A DNA stretch of 64,000 bases from Basidiobolus meristosporus CBS 931.73 (GCA_002104905.1 MCFE01000099.1:1-64000); one strand, 5' to 3'. Shown: positions 12,504 to 26,432, numbered from the stretch's first letter. A program made the numbers and translations. The notes: generated from the sequence alone by a model not told the origin.

Positions 12504-15500
12504 TTATGTCATTGCGTTCCAGGTAGCTGAAGTTGAGGGTGGTCGATCTACCACGTAACTAGCTGGGAATACTCCCTGCGACAGGCTTGATCCGTCACCT
12601 TAAAATATAGACAATTGATTAAGTCATATACACAACAATTGCAGATTAATCAGCTTACCATGGTCAATAATACCCATCCACCATATATCGTCAGTGTTGT
12701 CAATGACATAGATCTTTTCACCAGCTTGAAAACCAAGCTCACCATGCTCACGCGCATTGAACGGGAACTTGGCATAGTAAACCTGGTAACGATCTGGGGA
12801 GATGGCGGCCCCGGATTTTGGCTCTGAAATAGCCGTGTAACGTTCGGGAGAAGAGGCTATAGACGGATCAATTGTAGGTGAGGCTGAGCTATGCTTTTCT
12901 GATAGCCCAACACCAAAAATAGAGGGCGATAAAGCACCACTGGTTGAATTCCGTGATGTATGAACATTCTTCTCTGTCATGGATGTGCCGGTAGGAACCG
13001 CCTGAGATCTATATTGATCGGAGTAGCCAGATATCGGCCGGCTGTCGGATGATACGATACTGGTGACACCTGCTCTGTCCGCAGTTTGTGGCTTCTTGGC
13101 GTAGAGTGCGTTGGGATGCGGGTATTTGACGGCTTTTCTTTTCCTCTTCAAATATATTACAGTTAATCCTATAAGCATGATTAAAAAGACCAAGCCAAGC
13201 GAGGCTGCCACAGATATCAAGATAACCAAAGGAAGTGGAAGGTGCTCTCTGGAGGTAAAGGTGACGATGCTTTTCGTAAATGCGGATTTGATGAGGCCTG
13301 GTGATCCATCCCGTTTCGATGAAACGAGAAAAGGTATCCACTCTTTCCCGTCAAAGAGTGCAGCACTTACGTTCCCGAATTGCTCGAAAACTAGAGCCCC
13401 AACCACCAACAAGGCCGACCCGCCATCTGTCTCCGAGTCGTTGGTTACTTTAAGGACGATGCCATTGTTGGCATTAGGTGAGCTTTTCGTCGGGACTATG
13501 CTCATGCGAGAAATTTTGCTACTCGGAAGCGGGCTGGTCGGTAAAGCGGAAAACTGGGATCCGTCCCATCTTCTAATATAACACTCGTCTTTTTCGTTTT
13601 GTCCAGAGACATAGTGGACGTTGTTACTGGAGTCCTGAACAATCGACAATACTGCGCCAGGAAGTCCATCGTCCCCGCCCTTGGACTCGATACGTCTCCA
13701 CTGGGATTTTGAGAAATCGTACGAGGCCAGATAGCCCTGGCCTGACGATAATACGAAATTCCCTACAGCAAGAATCTCATTATTGGCAACTATCATGTCT
13801 GTTACTTCCCCTTCCAGTCCGGAGGAGAGTGATGTCCACTGCTTGTCTTTCATGTCCCAGGCACATATGTTCTTGCAATCCAAGGAGCCGGCGCGCTTGA
13901 ACCATCCGGAGACTATGATATTGGACGTTCCAGGGCGTCGCTGAATATTGTTCACCTTGACGGATACATCACCGAGCGAGTTGCCTGTTGAGTCCGATTT
14001 AAGAGAGGGAACATCAACAAAACCGTTTCCCCTAAAATTCCAGATAGAAAAGCCGGTGAAAGGTACTGTAGCATTATTCGACAGGCCACCAATAAACAGT
14101 TGGTCCTCCGCCACATGCAGGCCATTAACTTCCCCACTCACGCCAGCCCCAATGCCTTTCCACATGCCATTATCAAATATGGCAATGTTGCTGATTCCGG
14201 TGGATTTGAAGATCCCACCAACGACCGGGTAGCTAATATTCTGGCCATTGTCCTGCTCTTTGGTGACGTAGTAAGTCCCACAATTGATGGTGGGGCTCTC
14301 GATTTCAGATCCAGGGCCAGAACCCAGCTGTTGAAAACTGCCTTGGGAATCGAGAACAATGAAGCCCTGTACTTGGATCGCGGCCGCGGATGAAAATGCG
14401 CCTCCTAAATAGAAGGCCCCGACCTGAGAATCCACTGTAGTGGAGTTATCTGCGGCAAATGAGATTGATGTATGAGCCCGACCAGACACATACGCCGGAT
14501 TAACCCATGAATTGGATGAGAAGTTCCACGCAGTAAAACCAGTGGAGAATCGGTCAAGGTTGGTCACAGTGTTATTGCCGTATATCGCGTTGAAATCTCC
14601 AATTACGTGGATTGTATCCAAGCCTGAGGGAACCAGTTTCCTGACTTCATCGTTGACACCATTTCCAATGGCCAGCCACTTATCAAGTACAACATTATAA
14701 CGACCAATGTTGCGTATGGGTAACTGTGAGTTCCCGACCAAGCCGTCAAAATCACCACCAATGATCAGCTCGTTTCCTCGAAGTATCATTGAGTTGACCG
14801 GGCCTCGGGGATATCCACCTACAAATGGAATTAACGAGTCCCGGTTGTACTTCACGACATTTGCGAATTGAAGTCGGTCAACGCCCTGGAAATCGCCACC
14901 AATAAACACGGTGGTGTTGGTGGACACGATGGATTTAACAACAGAGTTGTCAGGCAATGATTTCCGCAATGTCTTTACAGGGATGCCTTCCGGGGTTGCA
15001 GGCGTATCTGGGAAATACTCGATGACCCCATTGAGGTTGAACAGCGAGCTCACTTTTACAAACTGGATGGAATCCGCTACAACCACCTTTCCAGCCTGCA
15101 GAGCACTTTTCTTAGAGACAGTCATAACAACTTTTGGTTGAAAGTCCGCCGACGAGGCCGTAACATAGCCCATGAAAACCAGGACGATATTATCGAAGAG
15201 CTCATTCTGAGAGATTGTGTTGGTTGTGGGTTGTGTCGCCGATTTCGTGAGGGTCAATCCATAATCGACAGACACACGGTTGTTGCATTCAGTCGCATAG
15301 CACCCGGGTACAGAAGCCCAAATCTCATAATATCCAGATTCGGGAATAAAGGGCGTATATGTGATGGACACGGTATTATCATCGGCGCTTTTGATGGTGT
15401 AGGAGAGAATAGATTTTGAGGAACCGGGCTGAATTTGACTCATCCAATCTCCAGTATGTGAAGCACCGTATATTAATGACTGGGCGTTGGCTGAGCAATT

Positions 15501-16941
15501 AGGATAATTGTACTCCCCAATGGCGTGAACAATAATGTCTAAATGAAAAGATGCTTAGCTGTGGGAGATTCACGGTGACTAAACAACAAGTGTAACCCAC
15601 CACTCTGATACAGCTCGACCCTTCCAAGACCACCTCCAGCGCCATACCAACTTAATATTTCGATGTTGATGCCATCAAGTGTGATTGGTACCGTAGGTTG
15701 AACAACGCGGAACTCTTGAAATGGAAGATTGGGATCTTGATTCAAAGGACACTCATCCGAGCATTGAACCGTCTTCTGTGTGGTAGAGTTGTAATATGAT
15801 AACGGAAGCACTTGGTTTCCTGGGATGCTTGATACGCTGATATAAAGCACCTTGGTAAGCATTGTGTGGATTGCATTGAACTATTGAAATTGTCAACATA
15901 CCGAAACGTTTTGGTTCCTCTGCCTTCGTGGTTAGTATTCTGGAGTCGAAGTAGACTTGGGGTGATTGTGACAGGTAATTGCGCCCACCAATAACCCGGC
16001 CCGTTATCTCGCACTAGCCAGATATTGTTGGTGGTGTTGGTATTATCACCGCAGACGATATTTCTTGGATTAGAAAATTCCTGGGTATCGATTGAGTTTC
16101 CAGCAGATATCTGTTGCGTGTTGAATACAGCGTGAGTGAATGTCTGCAGAATTTCAAATGGCAAGATGTATCTACTAACCGATGCAGTACCAAGATTAAC
16201 CTCCTGGGTATTTGGAGCCAAATTCTGAGCACCATCTGCGGTTGCGTTGAAACCACCCCCGAAGAATATACCATTGGAATCCTCAGAAGCCCCGATAGTG
16301 TATACTGGCCCGTTCAGACCTTTAAAACTAAACCCGGTCCAATTCCCATTTGACCAGGCAGCTAAAGATCCGGAAAAGGTTCGAAGTAAACCATATTTAT
16401 CGAGAGGGTTGTTTGGAACTGGACTGATGAATGCGCCACCTACATAGACTATGTTCCGCTTGGTATCGCAATATATATCATATACTGGTCCATCTAAGCC
16501 TTTAGCCAAGGGGGAAAAGACCTTTGACGTTGGATTGTATACAGCGATATTGTTCACTTCGACTCCACCGATATGAGTAAAATTTCCAGCAATAAAGAGA
16601 GAGGATTGGGCCTCTGTGTTGCCTCCGCCTTGTTTCGAAGGAAGGTGGCACATGGAGTTTATCCTACCCCCCAATGATGTGTATCCGATCAACTCGAGAG
16701 AATTCTTTGTTTTACGAATAAGCGAATCCACGTTTGGATCGAGTCGGGAAACATTGCCGTTTGGTGAATAAGCAGAGATACCATTGAATTCACCTGCAAT
16801 CCCTAGTTGCGAAAGTGAAGCAAAATCAATTGTTGTTTGGGTATGCTGAGCTACTGCCAAGAAGGTATTTGAGGAGAATAACAAATATAATAGGCCATAA
16901 TTGCTGATAGAGAGGAGGAGGGGCTTTGAGGGGATTATCAT
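12504..16941 (-). CDS. RAX2: Rax2 family cell-polarity membrane protein with C-terminal SH3 domain, multi-exon
   Basis: N-terminal signal peptide; Rax2-type LGIAGEFNGISAY, LFIAGNFTHIGG, VYVGGAF; repeated xGGxF beta-propeller segments; FKRAGSLDCKNICAWD; TM LPLVILISVAASLGLVFLIMLIGLTVIYL followed by KRKRK; terminal exon 12504-12599 completes the SH3. Confidence 0.9.
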
Positions 16942-19527
16942 TCTATGGAATGACTTTGGGGATTATACGGTGCGTGTAATATGTTTGGCAATAAATGCCT
17001 TATTTCACGGGTTTGCTATCAAGTAGAATCGAAGGTCTTTGAGAATATTAAGGGATAGTACTTTGGGTTGGAGTATTCGTTAAATGTGGGAGTAGAGCTG
17101 TAAAGATGAATTGGTGCGAGCCCGCATCTGCCTATTGGAAGCAAAAGGACCAAACAGCGCTGAAAAGCGATACGAAGCTGGGGTAAAGAAAGTAAGGAGT
17201 AAGCGAATGGAGAATGCAGAGCAGTAGCTAAAAGAATTGGCAAGCGAGCAATGCCAACTAAAATCTCCAAGTTATAATCAAACGATCAGTCATGAATAGA
17301 TTGTTGAGTGATCCGCTGCTGGATCTGATCTGATTGTGCCGAATAGGCTGCAGTAATCAGTAAGGTTCTTAATCTCCTACTGGATTATGGAGTATAATGT
17401 ATATATATTCATTAACTGCAAATGAGCAAAGTCGGAAAAACGAACTGTAAAAGTAAAGTTACGGCTATTTTTGGTCGAATCCCAAGCTCGATCAGAGTAC
17501 TTGACAGTAACGACATCTCCTCCTTGCCATATTTATAAATACATTCCTTTGGATCGTGAGCTTAAAATTGGTAAAAAACCCACAAGCTGGGCAATGGAAT
17601 GATTGGATCAAGGGCAAGATAAGCAGTATAGCAAATAGAATTCAGGGCAGCCGCCTATCATTATCACATGACCTCGAGAATATTACGGAATTATGGAGGA
17701 ATGACTCGATCCAATCGAAATTTAATTAACAGAGGAATGCCTCTGCTTGAGCGAAATTCCACAATGATGCAGGTCTACATATACATAGCAAAGGGAAAGC
17801 AGCGTACTTACGTATGGGCCAATGGAATAAGTCCAGGGGTAACGCAAGATAACCAAGAAACCCTGTTTAATGATCGTAATCTTTGGTTGCAGCAAATAAG
17901 GAAATCAATTTGGATGAGGAAGAGATTCCCTCCAATCTCTTATCTTCCGTAATGCTGGTACCGCGGCCATCCTGATTCTTTGACCACGAGATTAATGAAA
18001 GATATTCACGGTGTCATTATCTCGCATGCAAAGAAAATTGGCATTCAACGCACTCTTCGGACAATATATGAGCGGCCCATGAGCCCACTTGCACTGGAGC
18101 CATCCATCAACGATCTACCTTGGATGATACCTATCTTCCTCCATTCCTGCAGTACGAACTGCATGGGGATGGTAGGTCATCTTGAGACCCACAATCTATC
18201 CTCTGACGTGTGTGGAGCCGAAGAATAATGAATATAATAGAGGGGAAATAATATAGCCGATGTATGGGTGCATGTCCAGAATTAACAGTTGGCGTATTTC
18301 CAATTAATTTTTGCTGGCGATGTACTAAATGGCGTATGATTTGGCCAAAGGTGATGATGCTACCAGTGGTGATTCCATCACCGTGTTCTGCTGTTCTTGA
18401 AGGGATCAATCACCTTTTAATTTCGGCATCAGTTCGATCAAGCTCTAGGAACCGTGGTTGACCATTACGAGATCAACTTGATAGGCGGCTATTATGGATC
18501 GTAATTGCTATCTAGCGCTTCCCAGCAAATCATGGCCAACATGGCAATGTATTATTCTTATTCCTTGCTTCTCCCACTTGATTTGTCTCAATTTTTCAGT
18601 CGTAGATTAATTTGATGCATATGAGTATTTAACCAATCAAGTAGATTCTTCATATAGCATGGAGGAGTGACGAGCCAATACCTTTGGGGAGTACCAATAA
18701 GGTTATGGAATCTGAGCGAACGAACTGGAAAAAGGATCAGTCGCCAGGGAAGTGGTGAGAGGCAGAGCAGTGATTTGACTGGTGTTAATCCGTTCTTACC
18801 GAGTGCTTCACAATCCCCAAAATTATAGACAGAACCCGATTGCTCATCCATGGCCAACACAAGCTATGCAATCGGCATTAGAATCAGTCGTTAGTGAATT
18901 TCAGGATAGACTAGGTGTGAAATGTGGCTACATTATGAACACATGTTTCACTACTACTGCAGATCCTACACTTTCTTCAGGGGCCATTTGTTAATGATAT
19001 TTCGTCTCATGGTCTACTGTTGTCTATTCGCTATCACTGTGATTTAGGTGGGGTTTCTGTAGCGCCATCATTTGCACCAGGATGGTAGTTCCAACCAAAC
19101 CCCCATAGCTTGGCAATTAACTGATAATGAAGCATCTATAGTGCTGACACGATCACTCAACGCAGTGTATTTTACTGATATCCGTAACTTCAGGTAAGAT
19201 CTACTTGGGATTAGGTTGGAGATCCAAGCACAGAATGAGAGATGGTGTTGTGGAGCACTGCTATATGCATGATAATAAACGCCAACAGCAATACTGATTA
19301 CGAGCTTTATGCACTTGGGAAATAATTTGGAGAATGATATGTTAATACAAAAATGATTAAAATTCGAGGGATTAGTATATTATTGTGATAGAAATCATTC
19401 GGCACGCGATACGCATAACCAGCGTATTATCCTGCGGACGGAATACTGAAATAGGAATTGCTGCCAATCTTGTAACGACTTCTGTTCAAGGATTAGGTCA
19501 AACATGTGAGAAGCCGCTTATGTATAT

Positions 19528-19998
19528 TCAGATACAAGAGGGGCACTTTAATGAGCGGAAGTGACTGCGCCCAAGAACATCATCTCTTGTCGTTTCCGCC
19601 GCCATCATGATTCTTTCCAGCAGTTCTTCAGGCACCTCAAGATCCTCACAGGCACGACGCAAGTTTGCTAGTACCGCATCGAAGTTGGCATCATTTAGAT
19701 CAAGTAGGCGTTTGTGGGCAGCACGCATCTTGCGTGTGTTTATCTGTTTTCCGCCGAGGAGGTGTACCAAGAATAGTGTTTGCATACGTTCCAGACGCTC
19801 AATATTAATTCCCTTAAAGAATAAACGGGTTTCTTCCACTGTCACATTGTGGTGATAAAACTGCTTTACAATCTTCTCCACCTTATCTACTCCTAATATT
19901 GACAGAACTGTTCCTTCAGCTGGCTTTTCGTTGTAATATACCTCGGTTCCATTTTTGAAGGGACACTCGATAATTTCTTCGTTTGATTCGGTGTACAT
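19528..19998 (-). CDS. Group I (N-type, 2/2) truncated hemoglobin, intronless, 156 aa from ATG 19998
   Basis: IVKQFY (TyrB10), RLFFKGINIERLERMQTLFLVHLLGG (PheCD1, GG motif), MRAAH (HisF8), NFDAVLANL (G helix), ETTRDDVLGR (H helix). Confidence 0.88.
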   Translation of the reverse strand: MYTESNEEIIECPFKNGTEVYYNEKPAEGTVLSILGVDKVEKIVKQFYHHNVTVEETRLFFKGINIERLERMQTLFLVHLLGGKQINTRKMRAAHKRLLDLNDANFDAVLANLRRACEDLEVPEELLERIMMAAETTRDDVLGRSHFRSLKCPSCI

Positions 19999-22900
19999 TG
20001 TTTTGTTCAACGCTAAATATTTGAGCACAGTACCCTCTAGGCGTTCAAAGTGTGGTATAAATCAAAATGGTGAGAGTTACAGCCGTATTTACAAACAACA
20101 AGTTGATTAGCGGGTCAGTTCGAAATATTGGTGTGAGGCAAAGTGGTATTGAAGACTAATGAAGAATGACGAGAGTGAAGAAGCAGCCGACTCTATTTAA
20201 ACTAGCATCCCATCTCTCTTCAAATGTTGTACAAAGTGAACTTGGCTGAGAACACTGACTCTAAGTACATCTAGCAACATTCATTCAAGTCACACTCATT
20301 GCTATAAAAGGGCATTCATCAGGACATAGTTAATATTCCCTACGTTTTAGTCCACCTGTTACCGGAATTATGGCTAATCACGGACTCAAGGAGGAGAATG
20401 CCACTCAGGTTCACTGATTAAATATTACTTCTCCCAACCTCCTTATTGAAAATCCTAGGTAAATCAAACACAAGAACACATGTACTGTCCATAAAATGTT
20501 CGCAGCAAGCCAATTTTCCCTAACTAGTTTTGAATTGTCAACAATTGGTTAAATGCTCTGCCGCTGATTCTTACTACTTTTACACCTGCCCTAAACAATT
20601 GGAAAGGCCTCGAACGGCCCACTAAGCCTATTCTTATAAATCAAGCCAGACCCTGTTTGCCAACAGGAAACCATGGTTACATCAGCTCCTTGATATTCCT
20701 CACTCGAAAAGGGATCTAATGTACATCCCGTATTTCTGCTTGGAGAAATCTCTACAATGATAGGGCTGATTGTACGCTAAATTGTGAGAATAAAAAAGGA
20801 CCATTTCAGAGATCCCTCCCAGCTTAATATATAGTTGTCTCAGTCTTCAGTGTGGTGCGAAGGTCTCGTTCTGAGTTAGCTATTGGCAAAACCATCGTAT
20901 ATTCTCTTTCCCGATCTACTGAAGGGATTGTAGGGAGCACAATCTCCGCATGCTCGAGTGAAATCGATTATTAGGAGGCTCTAGCTGGAGGCTCAGCCTG
21001 GCTCAGCGCCAGACAACTCTTGCCATGGTTCAGCAATTATATTACAGGTATGAATAATTGTAGAGCAATTCGCACAAATGTACATGATATAGTGATAGTA
21101 TTACCATGAAATAGCGCGGCCATATAGGTACAAGAAATACTAATACCAGGGCAAATGAGGCATATCTGTTATCTTGAAGAATAATCATCATCAAATGCTA
21201 ACCGCATTTAGTAGCCTGTGTTATACAAAGTATTTCCGCACAGAAGGATTGGTAATTTGGCTTATCGAAATGTCTGGTCAAACATTGACTAAATACAGGG
21301 GAGTGGAAGCCTGAAGCCAGTCAGTACATAGTTTTCGCCTGGAGGGAACAATATCGAATGGATATGGTGGTAATAGACAATCATATTGGTTGGGATTGAA
21401 CTGTATGACCATAAAAGAAGTGATACACGCTATCCAAGCCAAAACAAAGCGTGTAGCGAGATACATGTGATAAAAGGATTAGCCTGCATGCTTTGTGTCT
21501 AATTCACAAATTCGGGGGTGATGTTTGATGGGCTACGTTAGCCATATATGCTAGGATTTCGGGGAGATACATCATAATGAGGAAATCGCTCTTCCTTCCC
21601 TAGCGCTCTCAGCCACATTTGCGTCAATGAGGTTGTGAAAAGAATAACTTGTTCGCACAAGTTTCGACCTGAACAGTATTGCCTGGGTGTCTTAATACCC
21701 TCCCCCAACTCAGTACATATATAGCTTGTATATGCTTAAAATACTCGACTGCGAATATAGTAGCCGCAGACAAAATTGAAACCTCCCATTTGATACCACA
21801 AAATTCCCGGCTATACTACGTGAAGATATCCGACAGGTTGATTAATTTGAACTCGTATACTAAATCATTTGGTCTTCCTGTATTTCCTATAGTAGAAGAA
21901 GGTGACGCCTTTCAAACACTACTTGGATCGGATAATGGCTTTGCTTTTGCATGAAGGACAGTGCCCCAAATCTAGTGTAACCTCGGTTCCTTCGAGAGTA
22001 CTCAGATCCATATTTTAACTAGTGAACCCAGGGAGTATGCGATTTAGAATATGAAAAGTGTTCCGTCTTCGTAAGCTCTACGTTGTGACTATATATGTAT
22101 CCCAATGGAATGGAACATGTCTCAATGTTGGTATATATATCCATATATTGTTCTGATAGGAATACATAGCAGAATTAACAAGGAAAATATCGTCGCCAGA
22201 ATTCTTGAAGAACGTAGGCACACCATATGACCAAGCAGCTTGAATTATCTAGAAAGATCAGTGCGCAAGATACCTCTAGATATGTTACTCGTCGCTTTCT
22301 GCCACCAACGTCCTGTGGTATGATACGAGCGCTATGTATCATTAGACTACAAACATTTCCAGAATAGGTGTGAATGCTATCTCAAAGATCATTGGCGATG
22401 GTCTCTGCGCCATATTCACTACCACCCATGACAGATGCGTAAAAGTTTGATAGAGCATCGCTCCGGTGCTGTTGATCATTCCTGCCCCTCCTTGATAGAA
22501 GATCGAATTTTGTAAATAAACCAGTGGAAAGCGTCATGCATTGTAGAAGCGTTATCTTCTATGGAATTATGCCATCTTGAATGACCCATCTTGAGAAGTG
22601 GTCAGTTGGTGCTATGGAATCATTCCTTTGAGATGTTAGTGCATATGTATATCAGCCTCTCGCCCACACATGTAAGCCTGCTTTTTGCAAAGCGGGTATT
22701 CTGGATCATCACTTCCAGTATCAGATCAAATCTCTCTCACTACAACTTTATACTAAATCCGACTTGTGCAAGATCTTAACACCTAATGATATTTCGAGGC
22801 TCTACTATATATCTAAGATTTTGTAAATGATTAACCAGAGTGCTTGGTAGAATGTGTTTGGATTTTGATCAAAAATTTTCTTGATACTACCTAGTCACCC

Positions 22901-24036
22901 CACACTTCCCGCTAGCATATTTACAGAATCCAGTCTTCTTTCAAAGGGAGCAGGAGTATCTACAGCACCGGAGCGAGGGTGTATTGAACTCTTGGGAATT
23001 TGCTCCAGCACACTGTAATCCTGTTACATCGGAACCTGTACTCTATATTAACAGAAGACAGGGTGCACAGTCAGTCAATAGTATGTAACCCTTTATATCT
23101 CATCCCAAGCTTGCATTGTCTCCCTACAAAAATGCTGACCCACTTGGTGTGCGCTGAGTCACAACTTAGAAGACAAGAGACGGCGGTTCCAGTCTCACAT
23201 ATCACTACAACATGTTGCAATCCATGTGCCTTTGGGCCTCGCTGAATGGCCAAGCCAAAGTTATGGATGGCAGTGCATATGTTGCAGAACCATCGCAACC
23301 AGGGTATCTTTGAAATAGCAACTCCACCTTTTTCTGGAAATGCTGGTATCCTAAATATCAGTAGCTCATTAGTATTGTTACACAGCGCATTCATGGCATC
23401 CTTCTGCAAGCACTAGAAGGATTATGATGAAATCAACCTATGTTCTTTTTGTTTCATTATTTTCTCGTAACCATACCTATATTGTGAGCTTCCATTCTCG
23501 TCAAGATCATTCATATTTCTTTTTCGACCACTGGGTTTTTTCTGATTACAAGATATGCAGCATGATGCTCTTGAAGATTAGGAACTGAAATAGGGGAGGT
23601 GGTACTACAGAGTATTACAATGCTTTGGATTGATTACGATATTACCATTTGGAAAGTTTCTAGAAGTTTGAAAGTGGTTTGTCTCTCCTATTCTATTCTA
23701 TTCTAGTATGTGGAGCAAATTTGGAAAGCCTCGAGAAGCTTTCTATTTTTGACGGAAGGTTTAATTACCGATTATTCTTTGCAGCACTTTGTGACCTGAC
23801 CTTAATTCATTTTATAACTTGCCAATATCAAAATTAATAATACACTCCCAGCGATGGAACTGGCGTTATTTTACTTGATAGGTTCCATCATTTTCAAAAT
23901 TCGCCCATATATTTTTCACACCAGTTATTGGTTGTTGGGTAATATCAGGATCACTCATTCATCTACAATAAAAGAGATTGATTTGCCTCAAATCCTTCCT
24001 TCGTCTCTATATTCTACCTCAACCTTTTTACCCGTA

Positions 24037-24733
24037 ATGGATCACAGCGGTCATGATATGGGAGGCACAACAATGCCATCACCCAGTAGTGGTAGTGGCG
24101 GTGGCGGGTTGGCTCTTCCTCCTCTAAATCCTTTAGACCCTTTGTACAATGCAGGTAAACCGAGCAGTGGAAGCGGTAATACAATGAGCCCTGGCTCAAT
24201 GACGCCCGCAGCCTGTGCAATGAACGTACGGTATAGCGTATGTTAATGTTGGTTGAAACCAAATGGTCTCATCAGTTTTTCTTTAGATGGTTTTCACAAT
24301 GGAGTACAACAATATGTGTTTAGTTTTCAATAGTTGGCAAGTCCGCTCTGGTGGTGGTATGGCCGCTGCTTGCATTGTGACCTTTGCTATCGCTGTCGCT
24401 TATGAGTTAGTTCGCTGGGGAATCCGCGCCACAGACAGAAGAATCTTTAAGAACGAGCATGTTCTGAAAGATTCCAAACGCAAGGACGACTTTTTAGTCT
24501 ACTCGTAAGTCACTTTCGTAGGGCTGTTCTAAATCAATCTGGACTAATCTTAAAGTAGTGTTCCTTGGGTGAAGCAGATACTTCGAGCAATTTTGTACGC
24601 AATTCAGGTCCTCATATCTTTCTTTTTAATGCTTACCATTATGAGCTACAATGGCTATATTATGATTAGTCTTATTCTTGGAGCGTTTGTTGGGTTTTAC
24701 TTGTTTTGCAGAGATGGAATACAAGGCTTGTAA
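24037..24733 (+). CDS. CTR: Ctr family copper transporter, copy A (exons 24037-24225, 24287-24504, 24559-24733)
   Basis: Met/His-rich N-terminus MDHSGHDMGG, CAMNMVFT, TM2 MLTIM (MxxxM) + YNG, TM3 LGAFVG (GxxxG); canonical introns. Confidence 0.9.
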
Positions 24734-25496
24734 GCCGCTGATAATTGCCTAGTCAAGCATAGGCGCTCATAACCACATAGTATTACCCTTGACCTAAGCA
24801 TGACCCTATTAAAAGCCTCCAACTCTGGCTGACGAATATGATGTTTTTCTGTTGTACATAAAATAAAGCTTTCATATCCCAATAATTGACATGAACGCAT
24901 GAAGCAATGGTTTGGTCAACATCAGTTCGCTCACATGACGGGTTTTGCTTATCTCAAGCTGCATAATACTGCATCGAAATCGATACTTGGGATTCGGCCA
25001 GCTTCCATTAGTTTTCTGTCGGATTACCGTATTGGGTCTTGTGCGATCTCATGGGGCACAACGATGTTCTTCTAGGTGGTTGCCTTTTTTAATGCACTGT
25101 TGGTAACCAACGCGCCCCATTTTTTCGTTATAGCATTCTGGTAAGACATTGGATGCATCTGATTCCCATATATGGGTATTCGGTAGAACAGAACCTTGAC
25201 GAATGCCTTCTAGTTAATATCCTAAAATATTCTTCCCCTGGAGTGTAGCCCTGCTAGCGGGTGAAGTGCGTTTCAGGTGAGTTTGCTAATGCAGATGACC
25301 TACGACAGCTCTGATATTAACTGAGTACAATTCTTTTCCAAATCAGGTGGAAAGTCGATTATTTCTTCTGCATCGATGGGTATACTGGGACCAAGGGTAG
25401 AGCTACGATTGACTTAAATATGGTTAATTAGCCATTTACTACAGCTGTCTCCTCCGATATCCTTTCGTTTACCGAGCGCAAAACCTATTCGTAAAG

Positions 25497-26189
25497 ATGG
25501 ATCATAGCGGACATGATATGGGCGGCATGCCTATGCCAAGTAGCGGTGGTAGTAATGGACTGGCGCTACCGCCATTAAACCCCCTCGACCCATTAAGTAA
25601 TGCTGGTAGCAGCATGAGCGGGATGGATCATAGCGGACATAACATGGGGATGTGCAGCATGCAAGTGAGTAAACACATTTCAAGTATGCCATGAGAAAAA
25701 ACTAAGACTTCTTTGCTCCGCACTCAGATGGTCTTCAACTGGCAATACAACAACCTGTGTGTGGTTTTTTCTGGCTGGAGAATCACCTCGGCAGGAATTA
25801 TGGCGGCTTCTTGCATAGGGATCATACTTATTGCCTTCATACACGAATACATACGAAGGGCTGCTCGACAACTTGATAATCATATCGTGATAAAGAATTC
25901 GAAAAATATAACTCCTGTTGCAGTATCCGAGGTTGTTGAAAAATCGGAAAGCCCTATTCCTGGCGATTATTACGGACGGACCCGAGTACTGTTGCAGATT
26001 ACTTGGTTACAGCAGTTTTATCGCTCATTGCTGTACGCTTTACAAGTACTAGTCAGCTTCTTTCTCATGTTGGTATTCATGACTTTCAATGGATATCTCA
26101 TGTTTTCAACCATCATTGGTGCTGCCCTCGGCTTCTTGGTATTTGCTAGGGATGGCATTACTTCGGGGAAAGAACTCTCTTGCCACTAA
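25497..26189 (+). CDS. CTR: Ctr family copper transporter, copy B (exons 25497-25664, 25728-26189)
   Basis: Two MDHSGHxMG motifs, CSMQMVFNW, MLVFM (MxxxM) + FNG, IGAALG (GxxxG), C-terminal SCH*. Confidence 0.92.
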
Positions 26190-26432
26190 CATCCGCCATC
26201 CTTGAACCTACTGAACAAGTGGCTCTTTCTTTTACATCTATTTTGAACCGTTGTTATTATTTTTCTGCTTTACTCGTAAGGTCCTACAACCCTCATTTTT
26301 CAGAAGTTTTATTGACTTGAAAGGCTTCCAAATAAAATGAAATCAGTCTCCCACATCCGTTGAATTTACCTGTTTTTATCCAGTGGCGAATATGACACTG
26401 AGATCAGAGGCTTCCCAATTAGTATGACTCAG

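Noticed and set aside
17649-18490. 12-bp inverted repeat (AGCCGCCTATCA) ~830 nt apart, suggesting MITE ends, plus a weak integrase-zinc-finger-like fragment at 17980-18228
   Set aside because: A 12-bp match at this spacing is expected by chance in 64 kb; no TSD and no transposase evidence.
21300-23450. Broken minus-strand frames, one with STIGNTGRPND resembling an AMP-binding (ANL) P-loop
   Set aside because: Single degenerate motif amid many stops; no other adenylation-domain motifs found.
23700-24030. Possible Mac1/Cuf1-type copper-response elements upstream of the Ctr genes (TTTGCTCC on the minus strand near 23712)
   Set aside because: Imperfect single match; such short motifs are common by chance.
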